Below, piece after piece: positions 37,655 to 48,530 of a stretch of 64,000 nucleotides of DNA (positions within the stretch are counted from its first letter, which is position 1; each line of letters starts with the position of its first letter). A model generated the notes under the pieces. It saw nothing but the letters and a program-made list of their open reading frames with translations, searched no databases and had not been told where the DNA came from. The position numbers and the translations under genes were made by a program. This DNA is from Candidatus Eiseniibacteriota bacterium (GTDB lineage: Bacteria; Orphanbacterota; Orphanbacteria; Orphanbacterales; Orphanbacteraceae), in assembly GCA_016930695.1 (NCBI GenBank), contig JAFGGD010000034.1:135375-199374 (forward strand), read 5' to 3'.

Positions 37655-38434
37655 GTGAAGCGTGTGTCTCGTCTTACGGCGATTCCGCTCCTTCTCATTC
37701 TCGCCGCCCCGGCCCTCCTCTCCGCGCAGGAGGAGGATCCCGTCGATCTGATCCGTATCCCCACCGCCGGGATGCTCCCCCGCGCCGCCTACGACACGGG
37801 GCTCCGCATGTACGCCGACGGCGGCGTCCTCGGTCGGATACGGGTGGGGCTCCGCGAGTCGGTCCTCTTCGGGTTCACCTTCGGCGGGTCCCAGGTCCTC
37901 GGCGCCGGCGAACCGGACTGGAATCCCCGGGTGGAGTTCCTGATCCGAGGGCGCCTCTTCGGCGAATCCTACCTGGGACCGGCCCTGGCGATCGGCTACG
38001 ATTCCCAGGGCTACGGGCCCTACGACGACGAGTTGGATCGCTATCAGAACAAATCGCGCGGTTTCTACGCGGTGGCGAGCAAACACTTCCTCTTCCTCGG
38101 CGAGCTGGGGTTGCACGGCGGCGTGAACTACAGCCTGGAGAGGGACGACGACGACGACGAGCTGAACCCCTTCTTCGGCGTGGAGAAATCGATCCACCGC
38201 GCGTTGGATCTGTTGGTCGAATACGATCTGGCGACCAACGACAACGAGGAGAACGAGGGCTTCGGCGAGGGGAAGGGATTTCTGAGCGCCGCCCTTCTCT
38301 GGCGGATGACCGAGACGCTCCACTTCCAGGTGGATTTTCACAACCTCCTCGAGAACGGGGAACGGGGAGGATTGGAGCGGGACCCGGGCGAGTGGAGCCG
38401 GGAGATACAGATCGTGTATCGGGACTATTTCTAG
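37655..38434 (+). CDS. Outer-membrane beta-barrel protein, YjbH-domain-like
   Basis: GTG with GGAGG SD; signal peptide; 'IPTAGML', 'PALAIG', 'FYAVASK', 'VEYD'; terminal Phe. Confidence 0.7.
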   Translation: MKRVSRLTAIPLLLILAAPALLSAQEEDPVDLIRIPTAGMLPRAAYDTGLRMYADGGVLGRIRVGLRESVLFGFTFGGSQVLGAGEPDWNPRVEFLIRGRLFGESYLGPALAIGYDSQGYGPYDDELDRYQNKSRGFYAVASKHFLFLGELGLHGGVNYSLERDDDDDELNPFFGVEKSIHRALDLLVEYDLATNDNEENEGFGEGKGFLSAALLWRMTETLHFQVDFHNLLENGERGGLERDPGEWSREIQIVYRDYF

Positions 38435-38470
38435 CCCGGTCGCCCCATCCCGCGAAGGAGTCGCATCGAC

Positions 38471-39451
38471 ATGGCCGAGGCCTTTCTCGAATTCGAAAAA
38501 CCGATCGCCGAGCTGGAGGCGAGGATCGAGGACCTGCGCCGCCTCGCCGACCAGGAGGGGCTCGAGGTCGCCGACGAGCTGCACAAGCTCGAAAAGAAGG
38601 CGGACAAACTCCGCCGGGACGTGTTCAGCAAACTCACCCGGTGGCAGAGGGTGCAGCTCGCCCGCCATCCCCTGCGCCCCTACAGCCTGGATTACGTCTC
38701 CCGCATGATGGACGACTTCATCGAGCTGCACGGCGATCGGCTCTTCGCGGACGACGGCGCGATCGTCGCCGGCCTCGCCACGTTCGAGGGACGGCGGATC
38801 GTTTTGATCGGCCAGCAGAAGGGGCGGGACACCAAGGAGAAGCTGAAGAGAAACTTCGGCTCCGCCCACCCGGAGGGGTATCGGAAGGCGCTCCGCATGA
38901 TGCACATGGGCGCCAAGTTTCGTCTTCCCGTCGTCTGTTTCGTCGACACGCAGGGGGCTTTCCCCGGAATAGGCGCCGAGGAGAGGGGACAGGCGCGGGC
39001 GATCGCCGAGAACATCCTGGTGATGACCCGTCTCCCCACGCCGATCGTGATCGTCATCATCGGCGAAGGGGGGAGCGGGGGCGCGCTCGCCGTCGCCGTC
39101 GGAGACCGGGTCCTGATGCAGGAGAACGCGGTCTACTCCGTGATCTCGCCGGAGGGATGCGCCGCCATTCTTTGGAAAGACCGCGCCATGGCGGAGCGCG
39201 CGGCGGATGCGCTCCGAATCTCCGCGCCGGACATGATCGAGCAAGGCGTGGTCGATGTGTTGGTGGAGGAGCCGCTCGGCGGGGCGCACAGGGACGTGGA
39301 GGCGGCCACCGGTTTTCTCCGCGCGGCGCTCCGCGATGTCCTCGCCGACCTGGACGGCATCCCCATCGACCGGCTCCTCGAGGAGCGGGCCCAGAAGTAT
39401 CTGCGGATCGGACCCTTTCACGAGGAGGGGGGCGGCGTCTCCAAGGGATGA
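38471..39451 (+). CDS. accA: Acetyl-CoA carboxylase carboxyltransferase alpha
   Basis: LEFEKPI, QLARHPLRP, ELHGDR, GAEERGQ, GEGGSGGA, SVISPEGCAAILW. Confidence 0.98.
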   Translation: MAEAFLEFEKPIAELEARIEDLRRLADQEGLEVADELHKLEKKADKLRRDVFSKLTRWQRVQLARHPLRPYSLDYVSRMMDDFIELHGDRLFADDGAIVAGLATFEGRRIVLIGQQKGRDTKEKLKRNFGSAHPEGYRKALRMMHMGAKFRLPVVCFVDTQGAFPGIGAEERGQARAIAENILVMTRLPTPIVIVIIGEGGSGGALAVAVGDRVLMQENAVYSVISPEGCAAILWKDRAMAERAADALRISAPDMIEQGVVDVLVEEPLGGAHRDVEAATGFLRAALRDVLADLDGIPIDRLLEERAQKYLRIGPFHEEGGGVSKG

Positions 39452-39653
39452 CAGGGTGTTCCCGCCAGGAGACATTCCCCCGGAGGGGGACGGGGACGGG
39501 GATCTTGAAATCCATTGATTTATCGTTAGTTCCCGTTTTCCAAACCGGAGCGTCCGGGGTACGTTTCTTGCGTTTCTTCTACCGGAATGTCCCCCCCCGC
39601 GTGGGGGGCGGTCGGGGGCGCGGCGCCGAGCGGTCGGCCCGGAGCTTCCGGCG

Positions 39654-40043
39654 ATGACCGCGGTGACGCACGCGGCGGTCGGAGGGGCGATCGGGGCCCT
39701 CGGCATCGGAGGATCCCCCGGATCGTTTCTCCTCGGATTCGCCGCCCACGCGCCGCTCGATCTGGTTCCCCATTGGGACATACGGAATCGATGGATCGAC
39801 ACGGCGCTTACTGTCGGTGGGCTCGGCGCGCTGCTCCTCTGGACCGGACCCTCGCCGGTATTCTGGGGAGCGTGTGGAGGCGCGCTTCCGGACCTGGAGC
39901 ATCTTCTCCCGCTCCGCCGCAAGTTGCTCCCGTTCCACGGCGAACGGCACGGTCGGGCCTTGGGGCGACTTCATGCGGCGACGCAGGGGTTCTTGCTGAT
40001 CGCCTGCGTATTGTGTATCGCTTGGGTATCGGGGAAAGGATGA
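39654..40043 (+). CDS. Small membrane protein, metal-dependent hydrolase-like
   Basis: THAAVG, HAPLDLVPH, LPDLEH His/Asp motifs within hydrophobic segments. Confidence 0.6.
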   Translation: MTAVTHAAVGGAIGALGIGGSPGSFLLGFAAHAPLDLVPHWDIRNRWIDTALTVGGLGALLLWTGPSPVFWGACGGALPDLEHLLPLRRKLLPFHGERHGRALGRLHAATQGFLLIACVLCIAWVSGKG

Positions 40044-43000
40044 TGTCGATGCGAGCGGAAAGGCTGCGCGAGGGGATCCGAGCGGTGGCGGCCGCGGCCG
40101 TCCTTCTCGGCGCGACCCTCCCGGCGGCGGCCGGCGACGCGGTCCGGATCGTCGAACAGAACGAGAGCGGGCTGATTCTCCATTTCGTTCTGCCCGAGCT
40201 GCGTGAAACCGCCCGGGGCGAGGAGACGATCGCTCTGGACGCGGAGGGATTCTCCCGAGTCGCCCTTCCGGGAATGCCCTCCGTGCCGATCCGGGACTTC
40301 GTGATCGCCCTTCCGCCCGGCGCCTCCGCCGTTTTGGAGGTGACGGCGGAGCGCGTGGAGAGAACGGATCGTTATCGAATCGCCCCGGTGCCCCTTCTCA
40401 CCCGGGACGAAGAGCCGATCGTTCCCGACGATCCCGATTTTCTGCGGCCGCTCGGTGCGAGCGGCTGGGCGCGCCTCTCGGAGCCGACCCGTCTACGGGA
40501 TCAGCGGGTGGCGACCCTCTCCCTCTTGCCGGTCCTGCACGACTGGGAGAGCGGGGAGACGGCGATTTTGCGCGAGGGGACGATCCGAGTCCGTTTCCGT
40601 GGAGGGGAACGCTCCGGTTCGCCGCGCGTCTCCGGCCGGGAGGACCGCTTCGAGCCGGTCTACCGGGGCGTTCTCTTGAACTATGAAAGTTCCCGGGAAT
40701 GGCGGTCCGCACCCGAGGCGCCGGCGGGGAAGCGTCTCGAGGAGACGGACAGCTTCTCCTCCGCCGCCGAGTGGATCCGGATCGAGGTGGATTCTCTCGG
40801 GCTCTACCGCGTCACCTACGAAGATCTCGTCGCGGCCGGGTTGACGGACCCGCGGGGCTCCATCGGCAACGCCCGCAAAATCCGGATGTACACCGGGACG
40901 GGCCTCCCTCTTCCGGAGATGGAGACGCTCCCCCGGCCCGCCTGGATGGAACAGGCGGCGATCCGCGTGGTCGGCGAGGAGGACGGCTCCTTCGACCCGG
41001 GGGACCGGATCGAGTTCTACGGCGTTCCCTTGAGCGCCTGGCTCGGCGAGCTGGTGCCGGACACCACGCTCTTCTGGGAGCACGTGGAGCATCCCTGGGC
41101 GAATCGGAACGTCTATTGGCTCGCCTGGGGGGAGGGCTTCTCCGAGCCGGTGAAGGCGCGTATCTCCGAGGCGGCCGCCGGCTCCGGCGTCGCCGGCGCG
41201 GCGACGGCGCTTCCCAAGAGCACCTTCATGGATCGGATCCATCTGGAGGAGAACAAGGTCCAAGACCTCACCCGTTACGGCGACGACGGTTGGTTTTTCG
41301 AGGAGTACACGCCGACGCAGAGCAGTCGATTCCACGATCCTTATCTCACGGACGCCGATATCACCCGGGAGGCGAACCTGCGGATCCAGTTCTACCACCG
41401 TTCTCTGGAGACTCAGCAGCAGTACTGCGGCAACGAGGTCGCTTGGATCAAACTGAACGCGGACCCCGACTCCGCCCGCTTCCCCTGGGACAGCTGCCGG
41501 AAGCAGGTGGACACCACCGTCGTATTCCACGGCGGCGTCGGCGAGCCGGACACCATCGTGACGAGCCACATCATGCCCGCCCGCTTCGACAGCACGGGCT
41601 ACACCATTCGGAACGGCTACAACCGGGTCGTCATCACCGCCCGGGGACGGCAGCAATTCTATCTCTCCTGGATCGAAGTGGGATACGAGCGTTTCCTTCG
41701 CGCGAGGAACGAGAAGCTGCACTTCCGTTTCGAGGACGAAGGGATGCTTCGCGTCCCGATCCAGGGGATGAACGCCGCCGACGCGCGGGTTTTCGACGTC
41801 AGCGATCCCGGGAACATCGTGGAGATGACCGGGTTCGCCTCCTCCGGAGACAGCATCGTTCTCTGGCTTTCGCCGAACGGCGGGGCGAGCTATCACGCCG
41901 CGAACGACGCGGCCTGGAGGACGCCGCCGCTGGTGGAGAGGATCGTTCCGGCGGGTCTCCGCAACACCTCTTCCGGCGCCGAATACCTGGTGATCTGCTA
42001 TGACGATTTTCTTGCGCCGATACGGGATCTGATCAACCATCGCTCCGCCGAGTACTCCACCCGTCTGGTGAAGCTCTCGGACGTGTACAACGAGTTCTCC
42101 TGGGGAGTGCCCGATCCGGCGGCGGTGAGGGACTTCGTCTCCTTCGCCTACCACAACTGGCCGGAAGGAGAGCGTCCTCTTTTCCTCCTCCTCGTCGGGG
42201 ATGCCACCTCCGAGTTCAAGGACTACACCCTTTCCACATTCGAGACATTGCTCCCCACGCGCTTCCGGATCGATCCGGCCGGCAGCTCGGTGATGACCTA
42301 CGCCGCCGACGACTACTTCACCTACGTGGATCCGATCGAGGGGGGAAGGGACTGGGCGCCGGACCTGGCGATCGGCCGATTCCCGGTGAATTCCGCGGGG
42401 GAGGCGGAGATTCTCGTTCAAAAGGTGATCGAGTACGAGACCGATCCCGACCTGGGATCCTGGAAGAACCGGTTCCTCTTCCTCGCCGACGACGAGATCA
42501 AAGCGGGGACGACGAGCGGGTACGATTGCGGGTTCCTTCTCACGCACACGGAGGATTGCGACGCCGCGGCGAAGGCGATCCCCTCCTCCTACGACCGGGA
42601 CAAGTTATACATGGTCGAGTACCCGCTCAGCTCGGCCGGCCTCAAGCCGCTCGCCAAGGAGGACTACATCGGCTGGATCCGGGACGGCTTCCTCCTCTCC
42701 AACTACCTGGGGCACGGCGGCACGGACAAGATGGCCGACGAGGACCTCTTCTCCACGCCGGACGTGGCGCCGGAAATTCTCATCAACGGCGGGCGGCTCC
42801 ATATCTTCTGCGCCTATTCCTGCTCCATCGGGAGCTTCGACCTGCTCGACAAGAACTCGATCGCCGAAATCCTTCTGAAGATGCGGGGGGCGGGCGCGAT
42901 CGGCTCCTTCTCCTCCAACGCGCCCGCGTTCGGCAACGCCAGTAACCAGCTGAATGTCCGCTTCATCCGGAGCCTTCTGCCCGAGCAGAACCGGACCGTG

Positions 43001-44242
43001 CCGATCGGTTTCGCCGCCCAAACGGCGAAGGCGCTCAGCGGAGATTTCTTCTACGCGCAGAAACAGAACGACGAGAAATACACCCTTCTGGCGGATCCCG
43101 CCCTCCGGATCGCGGTCCCGCGTTACGACGTGCGTCTCCAGGGGGGCGGCGGGATCGAGTTCCAGAAAGGGACCGTCGACACCCTATTCGGCGAGGTGGT
43201 CGATTCCCTCGGCGCCCGGATCGCCGGTTTCAACGGGCTGGCGGACATCGAGATCAAGGGAATGGCGGACACGTCCGGGTACTCCTTCCTCGATATGTGG
43301 TGCACCGGCACCTCATCGAACCCGCGGGAGCTTTCGGTCGATTACAGCCTCTACGGCCCCACCTTCTTCCGCGGCACCGTGGAGGTGGCGGGCGGGGTCT
43401 TCGCCGCCCCCTACTTCGTCCCCCTGGACACCCGGACCGGCGACCTCGGCAGGGCGCGGGCCTATGTGTACGACGCCTCCGGCGGTCGGGACGGCGCGGG
43501 CGGCACGGATTCCGTAAGCATCATCCCGGAGCCGCCGGGCGCGGTTTTCGAGGACCAGGAGGGACCGTCGGTGGAGATCACCGTCGACGGCGCCCCCTTC
43601 CGGGACGGCATCAGCTTCACCCGGAACGCGCTCTTCCGGCTTCGCCTCGAGGACCAAAGCGGCATCAACCTGCAGGAGATCGACAATTACTTCACGGTTC
43701 ACATGGTGATCGATCGCGGCCAGCCGGTGGTGCTCTCTTCCTATTTCGCCTATGATACAGGCAGTTACCGGAAGGGAGATCTGTCGGTCCGCTTCTCCGA
43801 AATCGCCGGCACCTTCCTCTCGGAGGGGGTGCATGAGCTGTCGATCCGGGCGGCCGACAACCTGAACAACCGGACCGAACTGGACTATCAGATCTTTCTC
43901 GTCGGCGAGGACGAACAACTCGCGTTCCGCTCTCCCGTGCTCAATTATCCGAATCCCTTCGATCCGGAGCGGCACGGGAAAACGGATATCGTCGTGGACC
44001 TCTCCCGGAGCGCGGGCGTGACGGTGCAGGTCTTGACGACCACGGGAAAAAGAATAAAGGAATTAAGAGGAAACACGGCTTCCGGCGGGCTGCGTCTGCA
44101 GATCGGCTGGGACGGAACGGACCAGGACGGGGACAGGGTCGCGAACGGCGTGTACCTGGTTCGCGTGGTGGCCGTGACGGATGACGGCTCCCAAAAGGCC
44201 GAAGAGATCGGCAAGGCCGTCGTGCTCCGCGGGGCGCGCTAG
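40040..44242 (+). CDS. C25 (gingipain) cysteine peptidase, PorU-like, with propeptide and FlgD/T9SS-like C-terminal domain
   Basis: ATGA overlap; signal peptide; GLYRVTY, VYNEFS, LLLVGD, AIGRFP, catalytic YLGHG and YSCSIGSFD, YTLLADP; C-terminal NYPNPF..WDGTD..ANGVY. Confidence 0.85.
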   Translation: MMSMRAERLREGIRAVAAAAVLLGATLPAAAGDAVRIVEQNESGLILHFVLPELRETARGEETIALDAEGFSRVALPGMPSVPIRDFVIALPPGASAVLEVTAERVERTDRYRIAPVPLLTRDEEPIVPDDPDFLRPLGASGWARLSEPTRLRDQRVATLSLLPVLHDWESGETAILREGTIRVRFRGGERSGSPRVSGREDRFEPVYRGVLLNYESSREWRSAPEAPAGKRLEETDSFSSAAEWIRIEVDSLGLYRVTYEDLVAAGLTDPRGSIGNARKIRMYTGTGLPLPEMETLPRPAWMEQAAIRVVGEEDGSFDPGDRIEFYGVPLSAWLGELVPDTTLFWEHVEHPWANRNVYWLAWGEGFSEPVKARISEAAAGSGVAGAATALPKSTFMDRIHLEENKVQDLTRYGDDGWFFEEYTPTQSSRFHDPYLTDADITREANLRIQFYHRSLETQQQYCGNEVAWIKLNADPDSARFPWDSCRKQVDTTVVFHGGVGEPDTIVTSHIMPARFDSTGYTIRNGYNRVVITARGRQQFYLSWIEVGYERFLRARNEKLHFRFEDEGMLRVPIQGMNAADARVFDVSDPGNIVEMTGFASSGDSIVLWLSPNGGASYHAANDAAWRTPPLVERIVPAGLRNTSSGAEYLVICYDDFLAPIRDLINHRSAEYSTRLVKLSDVYNEFSWGVPDPAAVRDFVSFAYHNWPEGERPLFLLLVGDATSEFKDYTLSTFETLLPTRFRIDPAGSSVMTYAADDYFTYVDPIEGGRDWAPDLAIGRFPVNSAGEAEILVQKVIEYETDPDLGSWKNRFLFLADDEIKAGTTSGYDCGFLLTHTEDCDAAAKAIPSSYDRDKLYMVEYPLSSAGLKPLAKEDYIGWIRDGFLLSNYLGHGGTDKMADEDLFSTPDVAPEILINGGRLHIFCAYSCSIGSFDLLDKNSIAEILLKMRGAGAIGSFSSNAPAFGNASNQLNVRFIRSLLPEQNRTVPIGFAAQTAKALSGDFFYAQKQNDEKYTLLADPALRIAVPRYDVRLQGGGGIEFQKGTVDTLFGEVVDSLGARIAGFNGLADIEIKGMADTSGYSFLDMWCTGTSSNPRELSVDYSLYGPTFFRGTVEVAGGVFAAPYFVPLDTRTGDLGRARAYVYDASGGRDGAGGTDSVSIIPEPPGAVFEDQEGPSVEITVDGAPFRDGISFTRNALFRLRLEDQSGINLQEIDNYFTVHMVIDRGQPVVLSSYFAYDTGSYRKGDLSVRFSEIAGTFLSEGVHELSIRAADNLNNRTELDYQIFLVGEDEQLAFRSPVLNYPNPFDPERHGKTDIVVDLSRSAGVTVQVLTTTGKRIKELRGNTASGGLRLQIGWDGTDQDGDRVANGVYLVRVVAVTDDGSQKAEEIGKAVVLRGAR

Positions 44243-44317
44243 GCGGGCCCCCGCTTCCAAAGAACGGGAAACGTGTCCCCCGGGGGCACGAGAGTAAATC
44301 GGAGAGGAGAGAACAAG

Positions 44318-45301
44318 ATGAACCGAGCGTACCGTACCGGAACCCTGTTGGCGGCGGCGGCCCTGGCCGTTTCGCTCGCGGCGCCGGCCTTCGCCGTCTC
44401 CGACGGGGCTCCTCAGTCGATCGCCCCGCTCATGACGCCCAACGCGCGCGCCGCGGGGATGGGACAGTGTTTCGTGTCCATCGCCGACGACGCCACCGCC
44501 GGATTCTGGAACCCCGCCGGTCTCGCCTGGCAGACCGGGCCGGACGTGGTGCTGATGTACTCCAAACTCGCCGAGGGCTTGGCGGACGACATCTCCTACA
44601 ACTACCTGGCCTACTCGCGGCCGATGTGGGGGGGCGGACTCGGCGTCTCCATGATCTTCCTGAACCTGGGGATGTCGGACATCATCTCCGAAGACGGCGC
44701 CCTGCTCGGGGACTTCAACTCCTTCGACTTCATCCCCATGGTTTCCTACGGCGCCACGCTGACGCCGGACCTCGCCTACGGCGCGACCTTCAAGTTCATC
44801 TATTCGCGTCTCTCGCCGGACATCAAGGAACTGGGGATCGACGACGGCACGGGGGTCTCCATCGCCGGCGACCTCGCCATGCTCTACCGGATCCCGGGGC
44901 TCGGCGTTCAGGCCGGCGTGCTCGTCCAGAACATGGGGCTGGACATCACCTACAACGACCAGAACCAGCCGGAGGACCTGCCGCGGAACGTGAAGGCGGG
45001 AGTCACCTGGTACGTGCTGGACAATCAGCTCAACAAGCTCCTCCTGACCGCCGAGGTGACCAAGAACCTCGTCTATTGGGAAGGGGAAGCGATCGACAAG
45101 TTCGGCGCCGAGTACGTGTATTACGACATGGCCGCCGGCCGGATCGGCTATATCTACGATTGGGAAGGGAAGATCACCGACATCACCTTCGGCCTCGGTT
45201 TCAAGATCAAGTCGATCGGTCTTCGTTTCGATTGGGCCAGCGTCCCCCAGGCGGAGGATCTTCCGAGGGTGAACCGTTTCGCGCTCGGTTTCAATTACTA
45301 G
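44318..45301 (+). CDS. PorV/PorQ-family (FadL-like) outer-membrane protein
   Basis: SD GGAGAGGAG; signal peptide; ARAAGMG..ADDATAGFWNPAGL signature; terminal aromatic residue. Confidence 0.85.
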   Translation: MNRAYRTGTLLAAAALAVSLAAPAFAVSDGAPQSIAPLMTPNARAAGMGQCFVSIADDATAGFWNPAGLAWQTGPDVVLMYSKLAEGLADDISYNYLAYSRPMWGGGLGVSMIFLNLGMSDIISEDGALLGDFNSFDFIPMVSYGATLTPDLAYGATFKFIYSRLSPDIKELGIDDGTGVSIAGDLAMLYRIPGLGVQAGVLVQNMGLDITYNDQNQPEDLPRNVKAGVTWYVLDNQLNKLLLTAEVTKNLVYWEGEAIDKFGAEYVYYDMAAGRIGYIYDWEGKITDITFGLGFKIKSIGLRFDWASVPQAEDLPRVNRFALGFNY

Positions 45302-45338
45302 AGCATCAGGAGCAGCGGCCCCCCGAGAAGGTCTACGG

Positions 45339-48300
45339 ATGAAACGAAACATCGTCGCGGGATTGGCGCTCTTTCTCTCCGCGCTCCCGTTCTGCGTGAA
45401 TCCCGCGTCGGGTGGGGAAAGGGAGGTCCGCCTGCGCGGGCTCTCCGCCGTCTCGTCGGCCGGCGCGCGCGCCGAGTCGCCCCGCCTCCGCCGATTTCCG
45501 GACGTGATCGGATCGGGTCCTCTCCGCCCGATCCTTCCCGGTTCGGGGCGGACCTACGAAGACATTCTCGCCGGCAAGGCGCTCGCCCCGGAGGCCACGC
45601 TCCGGATCGCCCTCTTCCGGATCGAGTTCGAGAACGACTCGGCGGGGGACCTCACCACCGGCGACGGCCGTTTCGATCTCTCCGACGGCCGGGACACGTG
45701 GCTCATCGACGCGCCCCCGCACGATTCGACCTACATGGACACGCACATGCAGGTCCTCGGTCGCTTTCTGTACGCTCAGTCCTACGGCAGGGTGAACCTG
45801 GAGTGGCGCATTTTCCCGGACGATCCGCGCGCCGCCTACCGCCTGGACGACACGGCGGACTATCTCCCCGCCGGGAGCCCGGGCTCGTGGACGATGCAGG
45901 ATCAGACCGACCACTTGATCCAGTTCTGCGTCGACGCGATCCGCCTCGTGGACGACACGGACTCGAACGTGGTCTTCGCCGACTACGACGGCTTCATGCT
46001 GGTTCACGCCGGTCCGGATCTGCAGACCGACGTGAACGGCGACTCGCCCGGCGACATCCCCAGCTTTTTCCTCTCCTTCGGCGACGAGGACGAGATCTTC
46101 GTGGACAAGAGGTCGGAGGGGGACAGCCTGCGGGTGAACGGCGTGACGGTGGTTCCCGAGTACGCGAGCCAGGACGGTTTCTGGTTCGGTCTGAACGGCG
46201 TGATCGCCCACGAGATGGGGCACCAGCTCGGCCTGCCGGACCTGTACAACACCGCCTACAGCTGGCCCGCCATCGGTTATTGGGGGCTGATGGACAGCGG
46301 CGGCCTTCTCTCCATCGACGCGGGGGACGTGTATCTCGGCAGCGTGATCCCCGCGTCCTTCTGCGCCTGGTCGAAGGCCTATCTCGGATGGGTGCGACCG
46401 GAGGTGATCACCTCCTCCCGGGCGCTCCGCCTCGCCTGCGCCACCGATCTCGAGCCGGTAGAGGATCTCCCCCGCTACGCCGTCGTGCCGGTGAACGACA
46501 AGGAATACTACCTTCTCGAGAACCGGTGCGGTCTCGCCGAGGGCGCATTCGCCGCCAAGCTGGACACGGTGAACAACGTGATCCTCGGACCGGTCAGCGA
46601 CGACGAGGAGGAACGCTTCACCTACGATTACGACTACGCCCTCCCCGGGTGGGGGCTGCTCGTTTGGCACATCAACGAAAGAAAGCTCGATCCGGAAAGC
46701 CTCTTCTGGACGAACGACGTGAACGTGGACTACTTCGACCGCGGCGTGGAGCTGGAAGAAGCGGACGGCATCAAGGATCTGGGGAATCCCTACTCCGCCT
46801 ACTGGGAGGGGAGCGCCTACGATCCCTACTACGAGGGAAACGCGGTCCGCTTCGGGCCGGACACGGCCCCCAACTCGAACCTGACCGACGGCGCCCCTTC
46901 GCTGGTGACCATCGACGGCGTCGGCCCGCCGGGACGGATCATCGACCTCACCCTGGAGCTGGGCCGCGCCGTGCCCGGTTGGCCGGTTCCTCTTCATGAG
47001 GACACCCTCGCCGTGATCCCCTCGGGGCTCGTCGCCGCCGCGACCGGAGCGGGGAACGCGATCGCCGCCTTCTGGTCGGTCGTCGACACGGCCGGCGTCG
47101 AGCACCCATGGCTCACCGTCGCCTCTCCGGGGGACACGAGCGGGCCGACGCTCCAGCGAGTCGCCGCGCCCGGGCCGCTCCGGGGACGCCCCGTCGCCGG
47201 CGATGCCGTGCCGGCGCTCCCCGGCGAGGAGATCCTCGCGATCCTCGGCGGCCGCGCCTATCGGATCGATCCCTCCGCGGAGGAGGTCCTGATCGACCTC
47301 GGTTCCTGCGGCGCCGCGGGCGTTCTCGCCGGACCGATTCTGCTGAACGTGACCGAGGACGAAGGGTTGGAGATGGTCCTCGCCGAGGGGGAGAGCCTGT
47401 CGGTATACGGCGTGGACGAGAACGCCGTCCGGGTCGTCCTTCGCGAGCACCTCCCTTACGGGATTCTCTCCAACCTGACCGCCCCGCGTATGGAGGACGG
47501 CACGCCGGTGGTGGTGTACGTGGCGGGCGATGGTGTGATCGATGTCGATACCTTGAATGGGGCGCCCGCCGCGAAACGTGGTCCCGCCGCCGTCGCGAAG
47601 AGGGAGGGGGGCGCGCCGCCGGTGACGGTGTTCGCCGCCGATCTGGACGGCGAGCCGGGGCAGGAGATCGTTTTCGTAACGGACTATGGGACCGTCGGCG
47701 CCCTCACCGGCGACGGGAGCGCCTATCTTCCCGGATGGCCCGATTCGGTGGAGGGAGGAACGACCGGGGAGCCCTTCCTCTGCGACCGGAACGGCGACGG
47801 GGAACCGGAGATCGCGATTCCCGCCGGGCCGCGGCTGGTCCTTCTCGAGAAGAACGGCGTCCTCGCCGAGGACACCCCCTACGGGATCCCCCCCTACCTC
47901 GACTTCGGCTACGATCTCGGCGGGAACGGAATCGCGGGCGCGATCGCCGGCGAGAACATCGTGGCCCCTCTCGTCGGGGACGGCGGCGGCCGGATCTGGC
48001 TCTGGGAGAAGAAGGAGAAGGCTTTCGAGGGATGGCCGGTTTCGACGGGGAGCGGCGCGTCGGCGGTGGTCGCGGCGGCGATCCCCGGCGCCGCGGAGAC
48101 GGCTCTCTTCTCCCTGCCGGACGACGGCTTCCTCTACGCCTTCCCGGCGGCCGAGATCGATCTCGCCCGTCTCCTCTGGGCGGGTCCCGGCGGCGGGGGG
48201 GAGGGCCGCTTCTCCGCCCGCGACGAGGCGCTCGCCGAGCCGCATTCCCCGGGCGGCGGCGCGGCGATCGCCCGCGCTTACGTCTATCCCAATCCGGCGC

Positions 48301-48530
48301 GCGGCGAGGAGGCGACCGTTCGCTATCGCCTCACCGCCCCGGCCGACGTGACGGTACGGCTGCACGACCTGACCGGGGAAAGAGTTTCGGTTGTCCTTTC
48401 CGAACCGACCGGGTATTTTGGGGAGAACGAAGTCGTGATTCGCACCGGCGATCTCGCGAGCGGGCTCTACTTCGTCCGCGTCGAGGCCGGCTCGGAGGTG
48501 GAACTGGTGAAACTGGCGGTGCTCCGATGA
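45339..48530 (+). CDS. M6 (immune inhibitor A-like) metalloprotease with FG-GAP-like repeats and T9SS type-A CTD
   Basis: VHAG, HEMGHQLGLPDLY, WGLMDSG, EYYLLENR, LLVWHI; DLDG/DRNGDG repeats; CTD YPNP..LASGLYFVRV..KLAVLR. Confidence 0.85.
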   Translation: MKRNIVAGLALFLSALPFCVNPASGGEREVRLRGLSAVSSAGARAESPRLRRFPDVIGSGPLRPILPGSGRTYEDILAGKALAPEATLRIALFRIEFENDSAGDLTTGDGRFDLSDGRDTWLIDAPPHDSTYMDTHMQVLGRFLYAQSYGRVNLEWRIFPDDPRAAYRLDDTADYLPAGSPGSWTMQDQTDHLIQFCVDAIRLVDDTDSNVVFADYDGFMLVHAGPDLQTDVNGDSPGDIPSFFLSFGDEDEIFVDKRSEGDSLRVNGVTVVPEYASQDGFWFGLNGVIAHEMGHQLGLPDLYNTAYSWPAIGYWGLMDSGGLLSIDAGDVYLGSVIPASFCAWSKAYLGWVRPEVITSSRALRLACATDLEPVEDLPRYAVVPVNDKEYYLLENRCGLAEGAFAAKLDTVNNVILGPVSDDEEERFTYDYDYALPGWGLLVWHINERKLDPESLFWTNDVNVDYFDRGVELEEADGIKDLGNPYSAYWEGSAYDPYYEGNAVRFGPDTAPNSNLTDGAPSLVTIDGVGPPGRIIDLTLELGRAVPGWPVPLHEDTLAVIPSGLVAAATGAGNAIAAFWSVVDTAGVEHPWLTVASPGDTSGPTLQRVAAPGPLRGRPVAGDAVPALPGEEILAILGGRAYRIDPSAEEVLIDLGSCGAAGVLAGPILLNVTEDEGLEMVLAEGESLSVYGVDENAVRVVLREHLPYGILSNLTAPRMEDGTPVVVYVAGDGVIDVDTLNGAPAAKRGPAAVAKREGGAPPVTVFAADLDGEPGQEIVFVTDYGTVGALTGDGSAYLPGWPDSVEGGTTGEPFLCDRNGDGEPEIAIPAGPRLVLLEKNGVLAEDTPYGIPPYLDFGYDLGGNGIAGAIAGENIVAPLVGDGGGRIWLWEKKEKAFEGWPVSTGSGASAVVAAAIPGAAETALFSLPDDGFLYAFPAAEIDLARLLWAGPGGGGEGRFSARDEALAEPHSPGGGAAIARAYVYPNPARGEEATVRYRLTAPADVTVRLHDLTGERVSVVLSEPTGYFGENEVVIRTGDLASGLYFVRVEAGSEVELVKLAVLR

